Shown: one piece after another, positions 30,787 through 40,310 of the stretch
Position numbering within the stretch: the first letter of the stretch is position 1
Layout of the letters: each line of letters begins with the position of its first letter
NCBI GenBank assembly: GCA_038727135.1
Contig: JAVYWL010000002.1
Location: 64,001 to 128,000, forward strand
Length of the DNA: 64,000 nt
Direction: 5' to 3'
Source: Candidatus Bathyarchaeia archaeon
GTDB taxonomy: Archaea > Thermoproteota > Bathyarchaeia > Bathyarchaeales > Bathycorpusculaceae
Program-made: the position numbers and the translations under genes
Notes under the pieces: model-generated
Seen by the model: the letters and a program-made list of their open reading frames with translations, nothing else
What the model was told of the DNA's origin: nothing
The model's database searches: none

Positions 30787-30875
30787 GCGGGGTTGCCCTA
30801 GCCTGGTAGGGGGCAGGCCTGCTAAGCCTGTGGTCCGTTTGGGCCGCGCGGGTTCAAATCCCGCACCCCGCGCCA
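30787..30875 (+). tRNA. tRNA-Ser(GCT), long variable arm, encoded CCA
   Basis: Acceptor GCGGGGT/ACCCCGC, anticodon arm CAGGC-CTGCTAA-GCCTG, T-arm GCGGG-TTCAAAT-CCCGC. Confidence 0.97.
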
Positions 30876-31023
30876 TTTTGTGGGTATATAGGCGAAGTTT
30901 TCTTCGCGCGTGTGATGGCTATCAGCCCATAAACTAACACAGTTACACCTGCAAGACTGTTGGGAGAGAATATCTTATTATATCTCCACATTAATTTAGA
31001 TAGAGCAATAGGGTATAAAGGGC

Positions 31024-32004
31024 TTGTTGACCATGCACAGTTTCACTCTAGTGGTCGTTATTTTAGCAATTATTATCCCGTTGGTTTTTGCTCCGTCTTT
31101 TCTGGGGCATTATTACCTTTCAGTTTTAAGAACAATTCTCATGTGGGCAGCTCTAACAATGAGCTGGTATTTCTTTTCCGGTTTGACAAGATATATTTCA
31201 CTTGGGTCTTCTGTCTTTTTCGGAGCAGGGTTATATTTTACAGTTTTATATCTGAATTTTAGCATTATAGAGGGACGTTGGCCTCTATTACCCTTTCCAG
31301 CCATTGTACTCATAGCAGGGCTACTAAATTTTGGATTTGCATCGATTCTGGGTCTAATAACGTTAAGGCTTAGGGGGATTTATTTTGCAATAACCACTTT
31401 CGCTTTAGGTATGACATGTCAAGGCATCTTTGACTGTTTGGCGGCAAATGTTATGAACGCTTATTATGCGCGTAGCCCCTCTTTCGCCCCTCAGATGAAA
31501 TACTATTCAATGTTGGCAACGGCACTTGTAATTTCTCTAATGATATTTACCCTAAGCAGATCAAAACTCGGTACCGCTTTAAAATTGGCAGGTAGAAATG
31601 AAGAGGCTGCCGTGTATCTGGGCTTAAACGTTATGCGAGTTAAAACTTTGGGATTTGCGATTAGCGCAACGTGCATGAGTTTTGTGGGAAGCAGTTACGC
31701 TATAATATCTCCAATCGCGGATTCAAAAATCGCATTCTATCTAAAATGCTCATTATTGCCACCAATCATGGCGATTTTCGGTGGAATTGGAACAAGTTAT
31801 GGCCCAATAATTGGAGCTGTCTTGTTATCTTTGCTTAATGAGTACGTTGGTGTTGCCATGACTTATTACTTCTTAATAATCTTCGGGGTTGTTGCAATTG
31901 TCATCGCCAAAATAGTACCAGAGGGGATTGTTGGACTTATGAAAAAATTGGTTGCAAAGTTTTTTGACGGAAAGCGACAAGGCTCTATTGAAGAGAAAAG
32001 TTAA
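31024..32004 (+). CDS. branched-chain amino acid ABC permease (LivM-like), orphan
   Basis: ISLG, LRLRGIYFAITT, NEEAA..LG, GGIGT..GPIIGA. Confidence 0.85.
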   Translation: MLTMHSFTLVVVILAIIIPLVFAPSFLGHYYLSVLRTILMWAALTMSWYFFSGLTRYISLGSSVFFGAGLYFTVLYLNFSIIEGRWPLLPFPAIVLIAGLLNFGFASILGLITLRLRGIYFAITTFALGMTCQGIFDCLAANVMNAYYARSPSFAPQMKYYSMLATALVISLMIFTLSRSKLGTALKLAGRNEEAAVYLGLNVMRVKTLGFAISATCMSFVGSSYAIISPIADSKIAFYLKCSLLPPIMAIFGGIGTSYGPIIGAVLLSLLNEYVGVAMTYYFLIIFGVVAIVIAKIVPEGIVGLMKKLVAKFFDGKRQGSIEEKS

Positions 32005-32082
32005 GCCTAAACATTTCTCATCGACTTAATGCACACAAAATTAATTTATCCAGTTAGTGAAATTGAACGTTTAAGATGGAAA

Positions 32083-33981
32083 ATGAGTAAAAATATTTTA
32101 GTCTTATTCGAGCCTGAAGGCCGCAAGGCGGAGGTTGAGTCTGGAATTAGCGTATTTGAAGCTGCGCGTATGGTGGGTGTTGGCCTTAGGTCTGAATGTG
32201 GAGGGAAGGGTGTCTGTGGAAAATGTAAGGTTATGGTTCCGGATAAAAAATCTGTTTCGGAAGTAACAGAAGCTGAGAGAAGGCATTTAACCACGGAGGA
32301 TATAGAATCTGGCTATAGACTTGCGTGCCAAGCGCTTCTAAAGAAAAGCGTAACTATAATGATACCTGAAGAAAGTAGAATTTTGGCACGTAAAATCCAA
32401 GTTTTTGGCTTGGAGAGACCTGTACTGTTGGATGTTTTTGTTAGAAAGTTTCACTTAAGATTGGCTAAGCCTACGCTTTTGGATGTTAGGCCAGACTTTG
32501 AAAGGGTTTTGGATGTCTTGAAGGTTGAAGCTGATGTTGGTGAATTAGAAGTTGATTATGATGTTTTGAAGGATTTGCCCGAAACTCTTCGACGTGCCAA
32601 TTGGGATGTTACCGTAGCCCTATGGAACTGCCAAAAAATAGTAGCGATAGAGGAAGGCGACACGTCAGATCGCGTTTTTGGAGTAGCCATTGACATTGGA
32701 ACTTCAAAAATTGTTGGGTGTCTTGTGGACTTGAAATCGGGCAAAACCATAAGTACGGGGTTTATTGAGAACCCTCAAATTCTGTATGGTGAAGACATTA
32801 TTTCGAGGATAGATTTTGCGGCGAATGAGGAGAAGGGATTGGAAAGACTGCAGAAACTTGTTTTGGATGGCATAAACCATGTAATATCCTACATTTGTAC
32901 TCAAGCGAGTGTGAATACAGATAACGTTTACGAGGCGACGGTTGTCGGTAACACAGCTATGCACCACTTTCTTTTGGGTATAAATCCAAAATATACGGCT
33001 TTTTCGCCTTTCACACCCGCCATTAAACGTCCAATAAATGTTAAGGCTGGGGAATTGGGCATAAAAATATGTAAAGGCGGCAATGTTCACGTTTTGCCAA
33101 TCATAGCTGGATTTGTGGGCGCTGACGCGGTTGCGGATGTGCTGGCAAGCGGGATTCATACGCGAAAGGAAATATCTCTCCTCCTTGACATTGGCACAAA
33201 CACTGAAATTTTTGTTGGAAATTCAGAGGACATTTTATCTTGCTCTTGCGCCTCTGGACCTGCCTTTGAAGGCGCCCATATTAGGCATGGAATGAAGGCG
33301 GTTACCGGGGCAATTGAAAAAATATCCATAGATCCAACTTCAGGCTACGAGGTGAAGTATAAAACCATAGGCGACGCGGCTCCTCTTGGGATATGTGGCT
33401 CCGCCATAATAGACGCCGTGGCGGAAATGTTGAAGTGTGGGATAATAAACAGTAGAGGAAGATTTAATTTAAATATAAAAACGCCAAGACTCAGGGTTGT
33501 TGATGGAACTCCCGAATTTGTGCTTGTATGGCGAAGTGAAAGCGGAACTGGTAAAGAAATAGCGATTACCCAGAAGGACGTGAACGAGGTGCAGCTGGCG
33601 AAGGCAGCGATATTTACAGGGTGCTGGATCTTAATGAAGAGGAAGAATGTAAAAGTGAATGATGTCGACCAACTTCTAGTCGCGGGCGCCTTTGGAAGCT
33701 ACATAAACCCTGAAAATGCAAAGTTAATAGGCTTGGTGCCCGATGTCCCTGTTGAAAAAGTGAAGTTTGTAGGTAACACGGCACTGGCTGGTGCGAAAAT
33801 GGCTTTAATCTCAGCTAAAGAAAGGGAAACAGCAGAAAAACTGTCAAAAAGTATCCGTTACCTTGAGCTTGCAAGCGATCCAGATTTTCAATTAGAGTTT
33901 GCGGAAGCCGCGTTTTTACCACACAAAAATTTGGACAGATTCCCATCGCTAAAAGAATTCTTCAAAAAGCGTAAACAATAA
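32083..33981 (+). CDS. 2Fe-2S / ASKHA reductive activator of corrinoid proteins (RACo/RamA-like)
   Basis: CGGKGVCGKC...RLAC, DIGTS, FVGAD, DIGTNTE, GPAFEG, QLAKAA, AGAFG. Confidence 0.9.
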   Translation: MSKNILVLFEPEGRKAEVESGISVFEAARMVGVGLRSECGGKGVCGKCKVMVPDKKSVSEVTEAERRHLTTEDIESGYRLACQALLKKSVTIMIPEESRILARKIQVFGLERPVLLDVFVRKFHLRLAKPTLLDVRPDFERVLDVLKVEADVGELEVDYDVLKDLPETLRRANWDVTVALWNCQKIVAIEEGDTSDRVFGVAIDIGTSKIVGCLVDLKSGKTISTGFIENPQILYGEDIISRIDFAANEEKGLERLQKLVLDGINHVISYICTQASVNTDNVYEATVVGNTAMHHFLLGINPKYTAFSPFTPAIKRPINVKAGELGIKICKGGNVHVLPIIAGFVGADAVADVLASGIHTRKEISLLLDIGTNTEIFVGNSEDILSCSCASGPAFEGAHIRHGMKAVTGAIEKISIDPTSGYEVKYKTIGDAAPLGICGSAIIDAVAEMLKCGIINSRGRFNLNIKTPRLRVVDGTPEFVLVWRSESGTGKEIAITQKDVNEVQLAKAAIFTGCWILMKRKNVKVNDVDQLLVAGAFGSYINPENAKLIGLVPDVPVEKVKFVGNTALAGAKMALISAKERETAEKLSKSIRYLELASDPDFQLEFAEAAFLPHKNLDRFPSLKEFFKKRKQ

Positions 33982-34062
33982 AGGAATATGCAAACTCCAT
34001 TAAAACCGAAACCGTTTAATTCCCCCTCCTCATCTCTTTTTAGCCAATGCTTGGAGGGTGAC

Positions 34063-34290
34063 GTGAAATTGAAAACCTATTTGACAATATGGTTTTACAG
34101 CGAAGGCTCAAGCCCCTTAGAAGTCGTTGAAAAGCTCCGCTCCATGGGTTTTGAACCATTAAGGGGTTATCACGACCACGTCTACGACTGGGGCAGAAAA
34201 GTTGAGCTCATGGAAGTACTGCAACTAGCAAATAAGGTTCACGAGACACTGAAGGGAATGAAAGTCTTATACAAGCTGGAAACAGAATAA
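34063..34290 (+). CDS. small archaeal hypothetical protein
   Basis: GGAGG/GGTG SD-like sequence before GTG/TTG; globular composition. Confidence 0.6.
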   Translation: MKLKTYLTIWFYSEGSSPLEVVEKLRSMGFEPLRGYHDHVYDWGRKVELMEVLQLANKVHETLKGMKVLYKLETE

Positions 34291-34333
34291 AGAAGCGCAA
34301 CTAATCAAGCGAAACATTAAAGAGTCCCCAACA

Positions 34334-35098
34334 TTATTTTTCAAAACTTGCTGAAGTCATGCCGAGGTAGCTCAGCCTGGGAGAGCGCCCGGCTGAAGAC
34401 CGGGTTGTCGCCGGTTCAAACCCGGCCCTCGGCACTTCCATATTAATTTTGGACCATTTGACGACGGGTTTGCGATTTTCTTTTAGGAAGAATTTTCCTG
34501 TTGTCTGCTGATATTGCCGGTATTCGTTGCCGAATCTTTTTGTTAGAAGCTCTTCCTCTATGTTTGCAATTTGAATATAGCCTGGAACGGCGATCAGTGG
34601 AATTATTGTTATTAGGTTTAGTAGTGTGAGGGGTAGACCAATAAATAGGATAAAGTAGGCTAGATAGGCTGGGTGTCTAACGTAACTGTAAGGTCCCCAT
34701 GTCACGAGTTTATGATTTTCAGGCATTTCCCATGATGTTGCGTATCTTCCCCTTGCCAGAATACTCCAGATGAAGAGGAAGTAGCCAAAAGCAGTTAAGA
34801 AAAGCCCGACAGCTTGCACCGAAGAATCGAATGGAAAGCGTAGCTGCAGCCAAGAATCAATTAAAACCTTGTGAAAACCAACGAATACGAGAATTATGTA
34901 GGAGGCAGATTCTATGAAAAGGGAGAAGGTTCCAAGTGCTGCGAGAACAAAGAGTGGCCCCCTTGGAAGCTTCACTTCGGCTTGATATTTAAGCCCCTTC
35001 TTCACTTTGTGAAATTTTTTTAAGATTATACACGTTTACGCCATAAAAAATTGTTAGACATGCAGCTAGAAAGCCCGCCACCAAAATTTCAGGAACAT
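34334..35098 (-). pseudogene. isoprenylcysteine/phospholipid methyltransferase-family membrane protein, frameshifted
   Basis: LVTWGPYSYVRHPAY, EEELL..RFG.EY; N-terminal TM helix lies in another frame across an A7 run (~35005-35021); C-terminus reads on antisense through tRNA-Phe. Confidence 0.7.
34361..34434 (+). tRNA. tRNA-Phe(GAA)
   Basis: GCCGAGG/CCTCGGC acceptor, CCCGG-CTGAAGA-CCGGG anticodon arm, GGTTCAAACCC. Confidence 0.97.
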
Positions 35099-35121
35099 AC
35101 CTAAAATGGCGAGTTTTGGTT

Positions 35122-35799
35122 TTAATAAAGATTCTCGGATAATTGCTGCTCATTTTGCTTTTTAACTTTCCCTTTTTCAAGGTTTTTGGCTATTTTCTCC
35201 CAGTCTATTTTGAACATTACTGCTAGCACTATTATTAGTAGGATTATTGCCAATGTCATGCTTATTAGGGCAGTTATCCAGTCGCTTTCTATCCCGAAAA
35301 TTTGCTCAATTATTGTTATGGCGTAGCGGGCGCTATAGGCGATAATTAAGCTCATGCAAATTTTCCCAATTATTGCCGGGATAAAAGCCTTCAACAAGTT
35401 GTAGTGCATTATGCCTAGCGGTATAAAGAGCAAGTCGTCAGGCAGCGGCGTTAAGGCGAAAAGAAAAATTGCGATGGGGCCGTATTTTCCGAAGATTTTT
35501 ACTAGGGCTTCCATTTGGCGTTTGCGCTTCTCGCTTATTATTTTTCTCCCGCCCAGTCCAAGTATGTAACCTGAAAATTCTCCTATAGCTGAACCAGCCC
35601 CGGAAGCCAATGCGATTAGCAAAGGGTCAAGATTTTGAAAGGTGGAAGCTATGGTGAATATGACCACCGTGTATGGTATTGGGAAAAATATTGACATTGA
35701 GCCTATTAGGCTTATTAAAAAGATGCCGAGATAACTGTATTGCACTGCGAAATTTTCCAACCATTGTCTAATTTGTTGGAATATATCAGCCATTGACAA
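35122..35799 (-). CDS. DedA/VTT (YqaA-like) membrane protein
   Basis: GSAIGE..GY.LG, FALTPLPDD. Confidence 0.85.
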   Translation of the reverse strand: MSMADIFQQIRQWLENFAVQYSYLGIFLISLIGSMSIFFPIPYTVVIFTIASTFQNLDPLLIALASGAGSAIGEFSGYILGLGGRKIISEKRKRQMEALVKIFGKYGPIAIFLFALTPLPDDLLFIPLGIMHYNLLKAFIPAIIGKICMSLIIAYSARYAITIIEQIFGIESDWITALISMTLAIILLIIVLAVMFKIDWEKIAKNLEKGKVKKQNEQQLSENLY

Positions 35800-35928
35800 G
35801 CCTTAGCCTCCTTACTTTTTAGGACATTTGGCTTTAAAGAACTTTTTATAAGCTGGCAGCGGATGCATCAAACTTAAATTTGCTTAAGATAGAATAGGAT
35901 TTCACCTTAAAAGGAGGTTTAACGGAGT

Positions 35929-36456
35929 TTGACGTCTGAGAAGGCGCTTATATGGATTGCCAGAGATCTTTCAAAGTGCAGCGGTTGCAGGAAATGTGAA
36001 ATAGCTTGTTCGCTTTTCCATGAGAAACGTATATGGCCCGAGGCTTCTCGCATTAGGGTTTTTATGCTGGCTCCGGGCTTAGAGTTTCCCCACTTCTGCG
36101 CACAGTGTGAGGACTACCCATGCGTTCAGGCTTGTCCAGTTAACGCCTTGTCAGTCAGCAAGGAAACTGGCGCTGTCCTTGTAGATTCCAATACCTGCAT
36201 TGGTTGTGGGAAGTGTATTGAGGCTTGTCCGGGAAGGATTCCGCATTTGCACCCGTCTGGAAATAAGATTTTAATTTGCGACTTGTGTGGTGGCGACCCG
36301 CAATGCGTTAAGGTTTGCCAAGAGGGGCTTTGGAATGCTCTGCGGGTTGTGCCCAGGGGAAACTACTCCTACAAGCTTTATGCCAGAACCCCCGAGGAGA
36401 TTGCTCAGGATTTGGCTGTTAAAATTTTTGGGGAGGAGGGGGAGCGGTACATATGA
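35929..36456 (+). CDS. multi-[4Fe-4S] ferredoxin subunit
   Basis: Four Cys clusters incl. CSGCRKCEIAC, CIGCGKCIEACP; ATGA overlap with AOR. Confidence 0.9.
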   Translation: MTSEKALIWIARDLSKCSGCRKCEIACSLFHEKRIWPEASRIRVFMLAPGLEFPHFCAQCEDYPCVQACPVNALSVSKETGAVLVDSNTCIGCGKCIEACPGRIPHLHPSGNKILICDLCGGDPQCVKVCQEGLWNALRVVPRGNYSYKLYARTPEEIAQDLAVKIFGEEGERYI

Positions 36457-38321
36457 TTTGGGGCTATGCTGGAATGTTCCTTGAGGTTGACCTCTCCGCA
36501 AAAAGCGTTAAAGAAGTGAGATTCAGCGACGAAATTTTAAAGGAGTACGTTGGTGGTAGGGGTTTAGCAGCAAAAATCCTCTGGGACAAACTTGGTGACA
36601 GATGGGAAACTATTGACCCTCTTGGACCGGAAAACATGCTGCTGTTCCTTACTGGACCGCTCACAGGCTTTTTCCCAGGCGGAAGGATTTGTGTTTCCGG
36701 TAAGTCTCCGCAGAGCAATGGTGTTGTTGGCTCCACCATTGGCGGGGAGTTTGGCGTCGAACTAAAATGTGCTGGATACGATGGCGTTATAGTGACTGGT
36801 GAAGCCGAGAAACCAGTCTATTTATTCATTAAGGATTCCGATGTTGAAATTCGTGATGCCAGCCACGTCTGGGGTTTGGATGCGAAGCAGACGGTTGCTG
36901 TTTTAACTCGGGAATGTAGGGGACTTTTGAAGGCTCGTTATCCGCAGAAAGGTGAATGGCGGGAACCCTCAATACTCTATATTGGTCCTGCCGGAGAAAA
37001 CAAAGTGCGGACGGCCGTTGTTGCAGCCAAGTGGTCGCATGCTGCTGGTTATGGCGGGTATGGCGCTGTTATGGGTGCTAAGAGGCTCAAGGCAATAGCT
37101 GTTAAGGGAACTGGTCCACTACCCGAGGTTGCCGATATGGAAGGCGTAAAGGCACTTATACAGGAGGTTTGTAACAACGCCTATGAGAGTGAGCTTTGGA
37201 GACGTTGGGGGACGGGTTCGGCTGGCTATGAGGTTGGGGCGAAAACAAGCTCTGAGCCTGTTCGAAACTGGCAGGAGGAGTGGCACGACGAGAAAAGCTT
37301 CGGTGTTGACGAGTTTGAAAACAGGGTTTGGATAAAACAGTATTGGGGAGATTTTGGGTGTCCAACAACATGTCTAAAAGTGGCTGTTGTGAAATCTGGA
37401 AAGTTTAAGGGCGCAATAACCGATAACCCCGACTACGAGTTGCAGGCTTATGTTGGCACAAACCTTGGCATATTTACTCCAGAAGAGAATGTTTACATGG
37501 CTTCCGTTATAGACGATTTGGGGCTCTGCGGCATACAAACAGGCAACGTTTTGGGCTTCGCAGCTGAACTATTCCAGAGGGGAATATTGACAAAGAAGGA
37601 CTTGGATGGCATAGAACTGAAGTGGGGCGATGCCGAGGCTTTCGCTACCTTAGCCAAGAAAATCGCTCATAGAGAAGGCATAGGTAACATTCTGGCCGAA
37701 GGCACTTATCGGGCAGCCCTAAAAATTGGTGAAATGAAGAACGTTGACATCCTGCCTTACGCCGTGCAAGTAAAGGGCATAGGTGTGGGCGCCCATGGAA
37801 TCAGAAGCGAAAAGGATTACCCCGAAATATACTCTTATGCTTGTTCTGTCCAGTGTGGGGACCACACCTCCACGGCTTGCATGCCCCTAGACGATTTTAG
37901 AAGCGAGCTTATGATGGCTTTCCATGATTCAGGTGTTTACTGCTACTTCAATGTTTTTGGTCTGCCTCGCAATCTGGTTTTCGACTTTTACAAGGCTGTG
38001 ACTGGCATAGAATTGACAAAAGATGACTGGGTTGCCACAAAAGCCATGAAAATAATACAGCTGCAAAGGGCAATGCTCCTCCTAGGCGGACCAGACCTAA
38101 AATGGAATCCGGAAATCCACGATGACAATCCGCCCCGCTTCTATGAGCCTCTGCCATCTGGACCATACAAAGGCAAAACTGTTGAAAAGGCACGTGTAGA
38201 TGAGGAGAAACGCAGATACTATGAGCTTGTTGGTTGGGATGAACGGGGCATACCAAAGTCTGAAACCCTTAGAAGGCTCGGGTTAGACGACGTTGACAAA
38301 GCCTTGGAAAAGCTTCGTTGA
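36453..38321 (+). CDS. tungsten aldehyde:ferredoxin oxidoreductase family
   Basis: GGRGL, KSP, GPAGE, GAVMGAKRLKAI, C.TTC, GWDERGIP. Confidence 0.92.
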   Translation: MIWGYAGMFLEVDLSAKSVKEVRFSDEILKEYVGGRGLAAKILWDKLGDRWETIDPLGPENMLLFLTGPLTGFFPGGRICVSGKSPQSNGVVGSTIGGEFGVELKCAGYDGVIVTGEAEKPVYLFIKDSDVEIRDASHVWGLDAKQTVAVLTRECRGLLKARYPQKGEWREPSILYIGPAGENKVRTAVVAAKWSHAAGYGGYGAVMGAKRLKAIAVKGTGPLPEVADMEGVKALIQEVCNNAYESELWRRWGTGSAGYEVGAKTSSEPVRNWQEEWHDEKSFGVDEFENRVWIKQYWGDFGCPTTCLKVAVVKSGKFKGAITDNPDYELQAYVGTNLGIFTPEENVYMASVIDDLGLCGIQTGNVLGFAAELFQRGILTKKDLDGIELKWGDAEAFATLAKKIAHREGIGNILAEGTYRAALKIGEMKNVDILPYAVQVKGIGVGAHGIRSEKDYPEIYSYACSVQCGDHTSTACMPLDDFRSELMMAFHDSGVYCYFNVFGLPRNLVFDFYKAVTGIELTKDDWVATKAMKIIQLQRAMLLLGGPDLKWNPEIHDDNPPRFYEPLPSGPYKGKTVEKARVDEEKRRYYELVGWDERGIPKSETLRRLGLDDVDKALEKLR

Positions 38322-38385
38322 AAAACCAACATTTTTTGGCGCTTGGGTAAAGCAAAAACACTAGCCCTCTCTAGTTTTTCTGCTA

Positions 38386-38997
38386 TTACGGTACTACACG
38401 TATAATTCGCGTGGGAGTAACTATTATGGAAACCTTCCTATCCCTTTCCTCAAAAGGCACATTTTCAACCACTTGCATGTCATGGACCGTTGTGGCTACC
38501 GGGATTTCTCCAAACCTATTTTCCAGAATTTCTATTTCTACATCACCGTAGCCACGTCCCTTTCCTAGCCTATGCCCCCTCAAGTCAACAGCCACAGAGC
38601 CCTCAACAATTAGGTCTGGTTTTGGAAAGTCTCTGGTTTGAACCCCAAACTTGAAGGCGCCCTTTATTGTTGAGGCGAAGTGTTCCTTTCCCCGAACTTT
38701 TTCTGGGGTTAATAGTATGAAGCCCCGCGCTAACCTAGGCGAAGCCATAATTAGGATTTTTCCATCTTTTGGGGCGTTTTCCCTCACCCTACGCTGGGGC
38801 GAGTCTGGATTAACAAAAATGACTTTCGCTCTTTTCCATTCCTCAAGCTGGCGAAGCTTATCTGCAGCAGTTTCAGCTCCAACAAAGTTTGGGATTCTAC
38901 TCCAGCACGGAAGCGGAAAGGTTGCTACTCCAGACTTTTCCATTTCCCGCCAGATTTTCTCTCGAAGACGCCGCTTTTCGTCGGCAATATTTAACAT
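38386..38997 (-). CDS. 5-formyltetrahydrofolate cyclo-ligase family
   Basis: RIPNFVGA, NPDSPQ, RLGKGRGYGD. Confidence 0.88.
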   Translation of the reverse strand: MLNIADEKRRLREKIWREMEKSGVATFPLPCWSRIPNFVGAETAADKLRQLEEWKRAKVIFVNPDSPQRRVRENAPKDGKILIMASPRLARGFILLTPEKVRGKEHFASTIKGAFKFGVQTRDFPKPDLIVEGSVAVDLRGHRLGKGRGYGDVEIEILENRFGEIPVATTVHDMQVVENVPFEERDRKVSIIVTPTRIIRVVP

Positions 38998-39033
38998 TTA
39001 ATGAAAATAAGGGGCGTGAATGCTTTAAAGGGT

Positions 39034-40233
39034 TTAGATTATTCCCAGTTTTTTGCCGCCTTCTTTGAAGGCTTCGGCTGCTCTGTTAAGCTGCTCAGTC
39101 GTGTGTTTTGCACATACTTGAACGCGGATTCTTGCTTTATCTCTTGCAACCATTGGATAGAATATTGGCAGCACGAATATGCCCTTTGTCCACAGGTAGT
39201 CTGCTAAATCCCTTGCAGCCTTACTTTTTCCACACATGACTGGAATTATTGGAGTCTCCGTATTACCAGTGTCGAAACCAGCGTCTTGTAGCGCGTCCAA
39301 CAGGTGGTTGCGGTTCTCCCAGACTCGGCGGACATGTTCCGGTTCTGTTTCAAGGACGTCTATTGCGGCTATGCAGGCGGCTGCGACTCCCGGCGGGACG
39401 GCACCGCTGAGGAGCCAGCTTCTAGCCTTGTTGTAGGCGAAGTTTCGGAGTTCCTCGCTTCCAGTAATGTGTCCGCCTATAACGCCGAACGCTTTTGAAA
39501 AAGTTCCCATCTCCACATGCACCTCGTCACGCCTAAGCCCGTAGTGGCTTACTATTCCTCGTCCGCCCTCGCCTAAAACGCCCTCACCATGGGCGTCGTC
39601 CACGTAAACACCTGCTCCATGCTCCTTTGCGATTTTAACTATCTCTGGCAATGGCGCCGTGTCGCCGTCCATGCTGAAAACTCCGTCAGTTATTATCCAT
39701 ATGTGGTTGTAAGGCGGGTCGTGCTTTTCGGCTTCCTCCATAACGCGGGCTAAGTCTTCAACATCCTTATGCTTGTATATGGCTCTGTCCGCCCGGCTTA
39801 GTCTGCAACCGTCAATTATTGAGCCATGATTAAGCTCGTCTGAAACTATCAAGTCGCCTTTGTCCGCGAGTTGTGGTATAAGCCCCTCATTAACCATGAA
39901 ACCGGTCTGAAATGTAAGCGATGCCGGAGCCCTCTTGAACTTTGCTAGGCGTCTATCCAGCTCCTCGTGAAGAATCATGTTTCCCGAAATTGACCTGTCG
40001 CTTCCAGCACCAGCGCCGTATTTGCGGGTTGCCTCTATCATGGCGTTGACAACCTTTGGGTGGGTTGCAAGGTTTAGGTAGTTGTTGGCGCAGAGCATTA
40101 ACACCTCTTTCCCATTAACTATGCATATTGGCTCGCTTGCAGATTCCAAAACCTTAAGCTCCCAGTTTAGGTTCTCCCGCACCAAACGCTCATATTCCTC
40201 AGCCAAGTAACGTGTAGGATGCCTCTCAACCAT
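39034..40233 (-). CDS. kbl: glycine C-acetyltransferase (2-amino-3-ketobutyrate CoA ligase)
   Basis: ANNYL, DELNHGSIIDG, DGVFSMDG, DDAHG, GTFSKA; next to TDH. Confidence 0.85.
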   Translation of the reverse strand: MVERHPTRYLAEEYERLVRENLNWELKVLESASEPICIVNGKEVLMLCANNYLNLATHPKVVNAMIEATRKYGAGAGSDRSISGNMILHEELDRRLAKFKRAPASLTFQTGFMVNEGLIPQLADKGDLIVSDELNHGSIIDGCRLSRADRAIYKHKDVEDLARVMEEAEKHDPPYNHIWIITDGVFSMDGDTAPLPEIVKIAKEHGAGVYVDDAHGEGVLGEGGRGIVSHYGLRRDEVHVEMGTFSKAFGVIGGHITGSEELRNFAYNKARSWLLSGAVPPGVAAACIAAIDVLETEPEHVRRVWENRNHLLDALQDAGFDTGNTETPIIPVMCGKSKAARDLADYLWTKGIFVLPIFYPMVARDKARIRVQVCAKHTTEQLNRAAEAFKEGGKKLGII

Positions 40234-40310
40234 CCACTTTCACCCTCCAATAAGTCTAAATTTAAGGCGCTTTTAACACTTCCTATAAAATTACAGCAGA
40301 AAGGAACATT

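Noticed and set aside
30670-30876. 68-aa ORF MARGAGFEPARP...
   Set aside because: Antisense shadow of tRNA-Ser(GCT); no integrase motifs.
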